Notes: generated from the sequence alone by a model not told the origin. Shown: positions 9,048 through 16,752, numbered from the stretch's first letter. The stretch is 19,365 bases of DNA from Minisyncoccia bacterium (GCA_044356725.1 JBIKVS010000014.1:1-19365); one strand, 5' to 3'. Numbers and translations are program-made.

Positions 9048-10157
9048 TTAATCGCGAATAGGCATTATAAGATAATAAAAATCTGGAGTGTCATCACTTT
9101 TTAAAATTACTGGTGAATCGGTATCATTAAGATGAAATTGTATTGTCCCCTCTTTGAATAATTGTATCCCATCTAAAAGATAATTATAATTAAAAGTTAT
9201 AGTCATTCCAGTCTCTCCGGTAATATGTACTGGTAATTTAGTTTTATTAGATCCTGTTTGAGAATCGGATGAACTAACACTTAAATTTTTCTCATCTTGT
9301 AGATTTAATTTAACATCATTAACTGCATTTTGAGAAAAAACAGAGGATAATTTAATAGCTTGCACTAATTCTTGACTATCGCAGTCAAAGGTAGTACTGA
9401 ATTTTTGTGGTATTAAACCTTCATATTGTGGGAAGTTTCCATCAATTAACTTAGATATTATCTCAACAGTATCAGCGATTAATTTGATTTGAGAAGACCC
9501 AAATTGAATATTAACTTCAGTTTCATCTATTGTATCTAAAATTCGGATTATCTCAGCTACAGTTTTACTAGGAATAATTACCGAAAAATCTGCTCCTTCT
9601 AAATTATCTAAATTCACTTTTTTCTCACTTAATCTAAATCCATCCGTACCTACAAAAACTAATTGATTTCCCTTTTTAGCTAAATAAACTCCAGAAATTT
9701 CTGGGCGAAATTCATTCTTAGGTAAAGAACCATAAACTGTTTTCAAACCTTGTTTTAAGTCATTACTATTAATAATAATTTGATTCTCTAACTCTATTTC
9801 AGGTAAATTAGGAAAGTCCTCAGCAATAATACCTTTAAATTGAGCTTGAATATCTTGTCCCTGTTCAATAGTCAATTCATCATTCTCAACACTTAAATTT
9901 AGTTTATCCTGTGGTAAGTTTCTAATATAGGCAAGTAGGGTGTCTTGTGGAATACAAATTGCCCCCTCAGAGTCCTCTTTACCACGAATATGGACTCTGA
10001 TGCCAATTTCAAGATTAGTAGAGCTTATAGTTAAAGATCCTTGCTTTCCTTGTAATAAAAAAGTTTGTAAAACTGGTAAGGTTGTAGCTCGTGAAGAACT
10101 TTGACGAGCAATATTCAATCCTTTTAAAAGATTTTCTTGCAAACAGGTAAATTTCAT
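9048..10157 (-). CDS. dnaN: DNA polymerase III beta sliding clamp
   Basis: 369 aa, MKFTCLQENL, TLPVL, STNLEIG, VGTDGFRLS, IDGNFPQY, FNYNYLLD, C-terminal YLIMPIR, located downstream of dnaA. Confidence 0.98.
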   Translation of the reverse strand: MKFTCLQENLLKGLNIARQSSSRATTLPVLQTFLLQGKQGSLTISSTNLEIGIRVHIRGKEDSEGAICIPQDTLLAYIRNLPQDKLNLSVENDELTIEQGQDIQAQFKGIIAEDFPNLPEIELENQIIINSNDLKQGLKTVYGSLPKNEFRPEISGVYLAKKGNQLVFVGTDGFRLSEKKVNLDNLEGADFSVIIPSKTVAEIIRILDTIDETEVNIQFGSSQIKLIADTVEIISKLIDGNFPQYEGLIPQKFSTTFDCDSQELVQAIKLSSVFSQNAVNDVKLNLQDEKNLSVSSSDSQTGSNKTKLPVHITGETGMTITFNYNYLLDGIQLFKEGTIQFHLNDTDSPVILKSDDTPDFYYLIMPIRD

Positions 10158-10231
10158 ATCTTATCTATCTTAAACTATATATTTATTATACCTTGAATAA
10201 ATGGTTTTTACTAGATTTGTATTTTTTGTCC

Positions 10232-10464
10232 TTTATATATTATATATATAATAGTAGATAGTAGTGTCTGTGGAAAAGCTTAAAACTATTCTTTAGTGGC
10301 ATATATAGACACTGTCAAGTGTGGATATCATTTGGGATAAGTCATTATAATATATGGGGATAACTATTCATATAATTATAGTCTGTGGAATACCTCTAAC
10401 TTACCCACAATATTATTCACACAAAATATATACTTTTATATAACTTATACACAGGTTATACACA
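10232..10464. other. Chromosomal replication origin oriC (DUE, DnaA-trios and DnaA-box cluster)
   Basis: TTWTNCACA matches at 10269-10277(-), 10413-10421, 10445-10453 and 10456-10464. Near-matches at 10320-10328(-), 10355-10363(-), 10384-10392(-) and 10401-10409. TAG repeats at 10252-10264 and a TA-rich tract at 10232-10251. All lie between dnaA and dnaN. Confidence 0.88.
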
Positions 10465-10496
10465 TTATTTAATTATGAATGGTAAATTATGAATTT

Positions 10497-10511
10497 AATT
10501 CCACTCTTGAG
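10497..10511 (+). repeat. Fragment of the double-hairpin repeat (left end)
   Basis: AATTCCACTCTTGAG, similar to AATTCCCCTCTTGAG of the copies in mod. Confidence 0.6.
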
Positions 10512-10516
10512 TGCTT

Positions 10517-10560
10517 TTGTCCTCCTTTGGAGGAGGTGGCACGGAGTGCCGGTGGTGGAT
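10517..10560 (+). repeat. Double-hairpin repeat, copy 2
   Basis: TTGTCCTCCTTTGGAGGAGGTGGCACGGAGTGCCGGTGGTGGAT, 43/44 identical to the reverse complement of 17378-17421. Confidence 0.92.
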
Positions 10561-10569
10561 GCTTTAAAT

Positions 10570-10590
10570 ATTCCACTCTTGAGGGGTGGA
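10570..10590 (+). repeat. Internally deleted repeat copy (lacks hairpin 2)
   Basis: ATTCCACTCTTGAGGGGTGGA joins hairpin 1 directly to the GGGGTGGA tail. Confidence 0.65.
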
Positions 10591-10641
10591 GTATTTATTA
10601 TAATTATAAATTTTATCAATTTACTTCAAGGTAGTAAAAGC

Positions 10642-10665
10642 GGGCGACTGAAAAGTCTACCCTAC
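10642..10665 (-). repeat. GTAG-type REP-like palindrome
   Basis: Minus strand GTAGGGTAGACTTTTCAGTCGCCC, similar to 3987-4009. Confidence 0.55.
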
Positions 10666-10677
10666 GAATACAGAAAT

Positions 10678-10739
10678 ATCCAACCCCGCCTTGCAGGCTT
10701 CCCCCTCCCTGCCTACCGCAGGCAGGCAAAGGGGGACAA
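10678..10739 (-). repeat. Double-hairpin repeat, copy 3, carrying a nested 19-bp palindrome (10708-10726)
   Basis: Minus strand TTGTCCCCCTTTG[CCTGCCTGCGGTAGGCAGG]GAGGGGGAAGCCTGCAAGGCGGGGTTGGAT. Confidence 0.8.
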
Positions 10740-10884
10740 AAACACAATATCATAACTACACAAAAATATAATATTATAACAAAATATAATAATAAATTAA
10801 TTAATAAAGCTATAGACAACAGTAAATGTTAAAAATAAATAACAACAACTATTGACAAAAATGGATAAATATGGTATATACATA

Positions 10885-11112
10885 ATGCTGTATTTCATCC
10901 TAATCCTCATGGTTGAGCTCATTGTTCTTTCTAGTCTCTCTTGTGTAGCTGTCAAGTTTAGAAAAAATCCTTGGTTAGCAATCGCCTTAACTGGAGTACT
11001 GGTTCTCAACATGATCAACTATGACATTATGAGGAACCATCGTCAACATCTCCGACCCGGATTGGTCGGGACAAGCCTCTTAAATACGAACTGGATTTTA
11101 CCATCAAACTGA
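10885..11112 (+). CDS. Small orphan membrane protein (75 aa, 2 TM) between oriC and dnaA, antisense to dnaA/dnaN
   Basis: ATG at 10885 within track ORF 10852..11112, TTGACA at 10852-10857, two hydrophobic segments and a downstream terminator. Confidence 0.55.
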   Translation: MLYFILILMVELIVLSSLSCVAVKFRKNPWLAIALTGVLVLNMINYDIMRNHRQHLRPGLVGTSLLNTNWILPSN

Positions 11113-11140
11113 GTGTAAGTCTATTTTACACACTCCCCCG

Positions 11141-11172
11141 CACTCCTTCCACACTGGTTGGAGTGTTTTTTT
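11141..11172 (+). terminator. Intrinsic terminator after the small ORF
   Basis: CACTCC-TT-CCA-CAC-TGG-TT-GGAGTG followed by T7. Confidence 0.7.
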
Positions 11173-11220
11173 ACTTAATATATTTATATAATTGTTAATT
11201 TTATTTAGGTATAACAAATC

Positions 11221-12660
11221 CTATGAATTCTCAGGATTTTCCTCGTTATAAAGTTTATTCTTTATAATTGTAATATCTTGTTCTAGAGTATAGTTAGAGA
11301 CTAAATCTTTTTTTATTTTATTCCAAGAATGCATAACAGTACTATGGTCTTTACCTCCAAAAGCATCTCCAATATTAGGAAAAGTTAGCTTTAACTCTTC
11401 ACGAATTAAATACATCGCAATTTGTCTTGGAACAGCAATATCTTTTTTACGACTTTTAGATAAAAGATCTTCTCTTTTAATATGAAAATGTTCAGCTACT
11501 ATATTCAAAATAGTATCCACATTCACAATTCTCTGTGAATGAATTTGACCACCTTCTATAAGTTTATCTACTAATTCTGGAGTTATTTGGGTGTTTAATA
11601 ATTGTACTCTAGCAATAATTTTATTAAGAGCTCCTTCTAATTCTCGCACATTACTTTTAATTCGCTCAGCAATTACATAAATAATATCATCAGCTAGGTC
11701 AAAGTTTTTTTGAATACATTTGGACTTCAGAATAGCTACTCTAGTTTCAAATTCAGGAATGGCTACATCTACAATCATACCTCCTTCAAAACGAGACTTT
11801 AATCTATCATTAAGAGTCTTGATAGCACTTGGAGGTCTATCACTAGTAAATACAATTTGTTTATTATGAGCATAAAGTTCATTAAAAGTATTGAATACCT
11901 CATATTGAGTCGCCTCCTTACCACCAATAAATTGAATATCGTCAATTATAAGTAAGTCTACAGCTCTATGACGAGCCTTAAAGTCTTCCATTTTCCCGTT
12001 TTTAAGAGAATTCATCAAATCTGAGATAAATACATCAGAAGTCACATATAAAATATTTTTATTATTCTTGAGTAATTTATTAGCAATAGCTTGAATTAAA
12101 TGAGTTTTACCTAATCCAACACCACCATAAATAAACAATGGATTATATCTAGTCCCTGGTTCATTAGCTACAGACTGAGCCGCCGCATGAGCAAGTTCAT
12201 TAGAGGAGCCAACAATAAAATTCTCAAAAGTATAATTATCTTTTAATAAAGAAATACCATTAGGTCTAGATAAGGATGTATAAGTGTTATTTGAGTTAGA
12301 GTTTAGCCCAGTATCAGCAATATTCTCACTAGATATAGCTTCTTTTTGAGATTTAATATCTTGAGTTTTTAGATTAATGACTGATTTAATAGATTTAGAA
12401 TTTGGTTTTTTATCATTTTGAACCACATATCTAACTCTTTTTACTGAGCCGGTAATTTTTTGAATAGAATTAAGAATAGTAAGATTGAACTTATTCTCTA
12501 ACCAATTACGAGTAAAGGCACTAGGTACACAAATTACAATCTCACTCTCATCCATACTAATAGGATAAGTGTTTTTGATCCAGGTATTAAATTGAGGTTT
12601 ACTAATATTAAGTTCTATTTCACCTAATACAGAATTCCAAACTCTTTGTTTCTCGTCCAT
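11221..12660 (-). CDS. dnaA: Chromosomal replication initiator DnaA
   Basis: FNTW, YTFENFIVGSSNELAHAAA, YNPLFIYGGVGLGKTHL, LLIIDDIQF, RLKSRFEGG, NVRELEGAL, GGKDHSTVMH. Confidence 0.99.
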   Translation of the reverse strand: MDEKQRVWNSVLGEIELNISKPQFNTWIKNTYPISMDESEIVICVPSAFTRNWLENKFNLTILNSIQKITGSVKRVRYVVQNDKKPNSKSIKSVINLKTQDIKSQKEAISSENIADTGLNSNSNNTYTSLSRPNGISLLKDNYTFENFIVGSSNELAHAAAQSVANEPGTRYNPLFIYGGVGLGKTHLIQAIANKLLKNNKNILYVTSDVFISDLMNSLKNGKMEDFKARHRAVDLLIIDDIQFIGGKEATQYEVFNTFNELYAHNKQIVFTSDRPPSAIKTLNDRLKSRFEGGMIVDVAIPEFETRVAILKSKCIQKNFDLADDIIYVIAERIKSNVRELEGALNKIIARVQLLNTQITPELVDKLIEGGQIHSQRIVNVDTILNIVAEHFHIKREDLLSKSRKKDIAVPRQIAMYLIREELKLTFPNIGDAFGGKDHSTVMHSWNKIKKDLVSNYTLEQDITIIKNKLYNEENPENS

Positions 12661-12691
12661 TGCAATCGTCTAATTGATGATGTTTATAAAC

Positions 12692-12737
12692 TGTGGATAA
12701 GTTAATTTCATTATACTCTATTAGAGAATTTTTGCAA
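12692..12737 (-). promoter_or_regulatory. dnaA promoter with an autoregulatory DnaA box
   Basis: Minus-strand TTGCAA (12737-12732), 16-nt spacer, TATAAT (12715-12710). A perfect TTATCCACA at 12700-12692 lies just downstream. Confidence 0.7.
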
Positions 12738-12814
12738 TAATATGACAAAATATATAGCATAAATACTAATAAATAAACATTTTTCACTTTTATTTCACTT
12801 TTGAAATTAATTAT

Positions 12815-12844
12815 AAAAAAACAATCCTAGTATTACACTAGGAT
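12815..12844 (-). terminator. Intrinsic terminator of the sORF 12838..12990
   Basis: ATCCTAGT/ACTAGGAT 8-bp stem (12824-12844), followed on the minus strand by TGTTTTTTT. Confidence 0.65.
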
Positions 12845-12990
12845 CTTAAATCTGGATATATTTCTTTTAATATTCGTTTTAGACTTTTTGCTAATTCTTG
12901 TGTATATTTATTTTCAAAGTCTGGATGATTATCTTCTTTACCTACTCTTATATTATGCTCTTTATCTTCATCTAAAACAGGATTTGACAT
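12838..12990 (-). CDS. Unannotated 50-aa small protein (MSNPVLDEDKEHNIRVGKEDNHPDFENKYTQELAKSLKRILKEIYPDLRS)
   Basis: Open ATG-to-TAG frame translated by hand, with upstream TTGCTA-17-(TGG)TATGGT at 13045-13017 and its own terminator. Confidence 0.6.
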   Translation of the reverse strand: MSNPVLDEDKEHNIRVGKEDNHPDFENKYTQELAKSLKRILKEIYPDLRS

Positions 12991-13143
12991 TGGTATTTTA
13001 TTAAATTTGCAATTTCACCATACCACAAAAACAAGATTTTAGCAAGTTAAGTTTATCGAGATAAAAATAGGTACTTATTATAATTAGGTTATGGATAAGA
13101 AATTTATAATTCACAACTCACCATTCATAATTATCCTCAAACC

Positions 13144-13172
13144 TTGACTTTAGAGCTAATATAGGGTATAAT
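13144..13172 (+). promoter_or_regulatory. rpmH operon promoter
   Basis: TTGACT (13144-13149), 17-nt spacer, TATAAT (13167-13172). One-mismatch DnaA boxes upstream at 13090-13098 and 13131-13139. Confidence 0.75.
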
Positions 13173-13198
13173 ATGATTTAATTATGTAATTATAGATT

Positions 13199-13333
13199 AT
13201 GATAAAAGGAGCAGCAAGTAAAAATCGTAAGAGAAATCGCCGACATGGATTTTTGTCTCGTATGGCTACTAAAGCTGGTAGAGCGGTGATTAACAGAAGA
13301 AGATCTAGAGGAAGAGCTAAGCTTTCAGTTTAA
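13199..13333 (+). CDS. rpmH: 50S ribosomal protein L34 (not in the ORF track)
   Basis: [44 protein letters not shown] (44 aa) with the HGF..RM.T..G..V..RRR..GR..L motif, divergent from dnaA and upstream of rnpA. Confidence 0.96.
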   Translation: MIKGAASKNRKRNRRHGFLSRMATKAGRAVINRRRSRGRAKLSV

Positions 13334-13357
13334 TTTTTAATAAAATAAACAGTTTTA

Positions 13358-13678
13358 ATGCAAAGGCTTCATCAAGCATCAGATATAGCCAATATATTTG
13401 CTCAGATAAAACCACAATATCTAGATAATTTTCAGATATACAAAAGACCAAATTCTCTAGAACATCATAGACTAGGAGTAATTATACCTAAAAAACAAGT
13501 TTCACTAGCTGTCAACCGTAATAGGCTCAAAAGACAAATTCGAGAATTATTCCGCAAGAATATTATAGCAAAAAGCAATAAATATGATATACTTGTACTA
13601 GTGCGGACTAAAATCACAAGTCAGAATAAAGCTGATTATTTACATCAACTGCACAATTATATTAACAATCTAAGCTAA
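13358..13678 (+). CDS. rnpA: Ribonuclease P protein component
   Basis: RLGVIIPKK and the RNR motif AVNRNRLKRQIRE, in rpmH-rnpA-yidC synteny. Confidence 0.93.
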   Translation: MQRLHQASDIANIFAQIKPQYLDNFQIYKRPNSLEHHRLGVIIPKKQVSLAVNRNRLKRQIRELFRKNIIAKSNKYDILVLVRTKITSQNKADYLHQLHNYINNLS

Positions 13679-13686
13679 AATCTGGT

Positions 13687-14451
13687 ATGGGATGGCTATT
13701 CAATGAATTATTATATCGACCTTTGTTTAACTCTATGGTGTTTTTTTATAATACTATTCCAGGAGCTAATATTGGACTAGCTATAATTTTGACAACTTTA
13801 GTAGTAAGAATTTTAATGATACCTTTGTATAGAGCTAGTATTAAAAGCCAGAGAGAGCTTGCAATTGTGCAGCCTATGATGAAAGAAATTCAAACTAAAT
13901 ATAAAGATGATAGGCAGAAGTTAACTGATGAGATGATGAAAATCTATAAGGAGCATAATGTTAATCCTTTTGCAGGACTAATGTTATTATTTGTACAAAT
14001 ACCAGTATTGATAGCTATATATCAGGTATCTTTGAATATATTTACTCCAGAAAAATATGCAGCCGCCTATTCATTTATTACTTTTCCAGAAAGTTTTAAC
14101 CCAACCTTTTGGGGACTTATCAATGTATCAGACTCTAGAAATATAATTTTTGCACTTTTAGTAGGTTTATCTCAGTACTATCAGATTAGCCTTATAATGA
14201 AGAGAACTCAACCAGCTAAGAAAAAAGAATCTAAGAAGTCTAAGAAGAAAAAAGACAATAAACCTGAAGAGCCAGATTTTGCCACTACTTTGAATAAGCA
14301 AATGATGTTTACAATGCCAATTTTAGTGACTATATTTGCCTATACTTTACCAATAACAATGAGTTTGTATTGGATTACAACCACTTTATTTACCATAGGA
14401 CAGGAATTTTTCTTAATCAAACAAGTAGATAAGGCCGAGGGAATTAAATAA
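13687..14451 (+). CDS. yidC: Membrane protein insertase YidC (short form)
   Basis: GLAIILTTLVVRILMIPL, QP.MKEIQ.KYK, YKEHNVNPFAG, QIPVLIAIY, LYW.....FTIGQ. Confidence 0.95.
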   Translation: MGWLFNELLYRPLFNSMVFFYNTIPGANIGLAIILTTLVVRILMIPLYRASIKSQRELAIVQPMMKEIQTKYKDDRQKLTDEMMKIYKEHNVNPFAGLMLLFVQIPVLIAIYQVSLNIFTPEKYAAAYSFITFPESFNPTFWGLINVSDSRNIIFALLVGLSQYYQISLIMKRTQPAKKKESKKSKKKKDNKPEEPDFATTLNKQMMFTMPILVTIFAYTLPITMSLYWITTTLFTIGQEFFLIKQVDKAEGIK

Positions 14452-14460
14452 TTCTCATCT

Positions 14461-15891
14461 ATGACATTAAATAAAAAACTAGCTCTCAATAGTATTATCC
14501 AAATTTTAGGTAAATTTGTGATGATTGGAGTTGGTTTTGTATCAATTCGTATACTTACCACTTTTTTAGGAGTAGATGGTTTTGGAGCTTATGTTACTAT
14601 TACAAATTATCTAATTATAGCTAGTGTGTTGGCGGAATTTGGGTTCAATACCCTATTGTCTACAGAAATTGCCGGCAAAGATGAGAAAGAAGTCTCACAT
14701 ATAGTTAATAATTTATTTACATTTAGATTGGTAATGGCAGTATCAGTAATAGGAATACTAGCCTCAACCACGGTTTGGTTAATCCCAACTTATACTACTG
14801 AAGTAAAGACCTTGGTCGCTCTTGGATCCATTGGAACAATTGGAGCCTCCGTATCTCATGTTTTAATCGGAATATTTCAGACCAAACTTCGTACAGATAA
14901 GATTACTATTGGAGACTTTTTAGCTAGAATAACATTAATGCTAGGAGTTTTAGCTCTTGCTTTCCTAGGACAAGTTAATCTATTTTGGGTAATGGTTTGG
15001 TATAGTGCCTCAGGTATTGTACAAGCTATATTTATGATAATCTCAACTTATAAATATTATCCCCTTAAGCTAAATATAGACTGGCAATATTGGAAGCAGG
15101 TATTCAAAAAAGCCCTTCCCCTATTTGTTATTATAACTTTTAATCTTATTTATTATCGTATAGATACAGTAATGTTATCCATAATGAAAGACCAGACAGC
15201 CGTAGGACTATATGGGGCTTCCTATAAAATCCTAGAAATTCTAATAGCAATCCCAGGGATGTTTATGGGAATATTATTGCCCCTTTTTGCTAAATATTAT
15301 ATACAAGAAAGAACTAGATTTAAACATATATTCCAACAAGCCTATAATATTTTAATAACTATTGCAATTCCTTTAGCTGTGGCTGGAATATTATTATCTA
15401 ATAAAATTCTAAACCTAATCGCTGGACAAGATTTTATACCAGCCACCAGTACTTTGCAAGTATTATTCATAGGTATTGGGTTTATCTTCCTTGGTAATCT
15501 TATGGGGCATATTTTAATTGGAGCTTCTCTGCAAAATAAAAGTATGTATATAGCTATTATAGGGGCAGTATTCAATGTAGCTCTTAACCTATATCTAATC
15601 CCAACATATTCTTATTTGGGAGCCGCTATAGCTACCGCTATCACGGAAGGACTTGTACTACTAAGCTATATTTATCTAGTCAAAAAACATATTCAGTATT
15701 TCCCAAAATTTCAATTCATACATTTAATTGCAATTTTAGCCACTATCATAATGGGACTAAGTATATACTTTACTCAAAACCTTAATATATTCATCCAAAC
15801 TATTATAGCAATGCTAGTCTTTGGAATTGTTTTCTTACCACTAGGAGTAAAAAGATTAAAACACTACTATGCCATCAATATTCAAGAATAA
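14461..15891 (+). CDS. Polysaccharide/lipid-linked glycan flippase (Wzx/RfbX, MOP superfamily)
   Basis: 476 aa, about 14 TM segments, LGVDGFGAY, AEFGF, IYYRIDTVML....DQTAVGLYGASYK, NVALNLYLIPTYSYLGAAIATAITE. Confidence 0.9.
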   Translation: MTLNKKLALNSIIQILGKFVMIGVGFVSIRILTTFLGVDGFGAYVTITNYLIIASVLAEFGFNTLLSTEIAGKDEKEVSHIVNNLFTFRLVMAVSVIGILASTTVWLIPTYTTEVKTLVALGSIGTIGASVSHVLIGIFQTKLRTDKITIGDFLARITLMLGVLALAFLGQVNLFWVMVWYSASGIVQAIFMIISTYKYYPLKLNIDWQYWKQVFKKALPLFVIITFNLIYYRIDTVMLSIMKDQTAVGLYGASYKILEILIAIPGMFMGILLPLFAKYYIQERTRFKHIFQQAYNILITIAIPLAVAGILLSNKILNLIAGQDFIPATSTLQVLFIGIGFIFLGNLMGHILIGASLQNKSMYIAIIGAVFNVALNLYLIPTYSYLGAAIATAITEGLVLLSYIYLVKKHIQYFPKFQFIHLIAILATIIMGLSIYFTQNLNIFIQTIIAMLVFGIVFLPLGVKRLKHYYAINIQE

Positions 15892-16660
15892 AAAAATATC
15901 TTTTGTAATTGTATCCTATAAAAGTCTAAAATTTTTAACAGACTGTGTAAATTCTATCATCCAACATACTTCTGGAGATTATGAAATTGTCATAGTAGAC
16001 AATAACTCAGGTGAAAATTTAGATATAATACAAAACTTATCCACAGAAAAAATTACAATAATTTATTCAGATAAAAATGCAGGATTTGGCTCAGGAGTGA
16101 ATCTAGGAGCTACTAAAGCTACAGGAGATTGGCTATGTATTATTAACCCCGATACTCGCATACAAGGAGATATCCACACATTATCCACAATTGACAAAAC
16201 CACTAAAGTCATAGGCCTAGCTCTAGTGAATCACGAGAAGCAAATTCAAGCTTATCAGTATGGAGACTTCCCTACTCCCAAGAGTATAATCCAAAATACC
16301 GCCAAAAAAATCTGGAAAACTCCCTCAGAGGAAAGTCTTCTGACTGATTGGGTAAGTGGAGGCTCACTTTGTATAGAGACTTCAGTATTCCGAGAGCTTG
16401 GTGGCTTTGATGAGAGATTTTTTATGTACTATGAGGATATAGATTTATGCCGTCGAGTCAGACAAGCAGGACATAATATCGAATGGACACAACAAATCAC
16501 CATCTGGCATTATGAAGGAGGATCCGAGAGTAATATTATCAATACCAAAAAGAGATATTACAAAGCCCAGAGACAATATCTCGTCAAATGGTATGGTAGA
16601 TTTTGGGCTGTTTTGCTGTATCCGTTGCAGAGGTATATGTTGTGGAAGATTAAGTATTAA
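15869..16660 (+). CDS. GT2 family glycosyltransferase (WbbL-like)
   Basis: ISFVIVSY, IVIVDNNS, NAGFGSGVNLG, INPD, DWVSGG, GGFDERFFMYYEDIDLC. Confidence 0.92.
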   Translation: MPSIFKNKKISFVIVSYKSLKFLTDCVNSIIQHTSGDYEIVIVDNNSGENLDIIQNLSTEKITIIYSDKNAGFGSGVNLGATKATGDWLCIINPDTRIQGDIHTLSTIDKTTKVIGLALVNHEKQIQAYQYGDFPTPKSIIQNTAKKIWKTPSEESLLTDWVSGGSLCIETSVFRELGGFDERFFMYYEDIDLCRRVRQAGHNIEWTQQITIWHYEGGSESNIINTKKRYYKAQRQYLVKWYGRFWAVLLYPLQRYMLWKIKY

Positions 16661-16707
16661 TAAAAAAGTCCCGAGCGTTTGCACGGGGATGAGTGTGTGT
16701 TTAAGTT

Positions 16708-16752
16708 TTGTCCTCCCTTGGGGGAGGTGGCACCGTAGGTGACGGAGGAGGA
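16708..16752 (+). repeat. Double-hairpin repeat, copy 4
   Basis: Identical to the reverse complement of 3903-3947. Confidence 0.92.

Noticed and set aside
10489-11018. Track ORFs 10489..10755, 10616..10819 and 10797..11018
   Set aside because: They read through repeat elements and AT-rich spacer (IPLLRG and PACGRQG are repeat translations) or are antisense to the better-supported 10885 ORF
16662-16690. Imperfect hairpin TCCCGAGC-GTTT-GCACGGGG after GT2
   Set aside because: The T-tail is only on the minus strand and there is one copy, so it cannot be classed as a terminator or another repeat family
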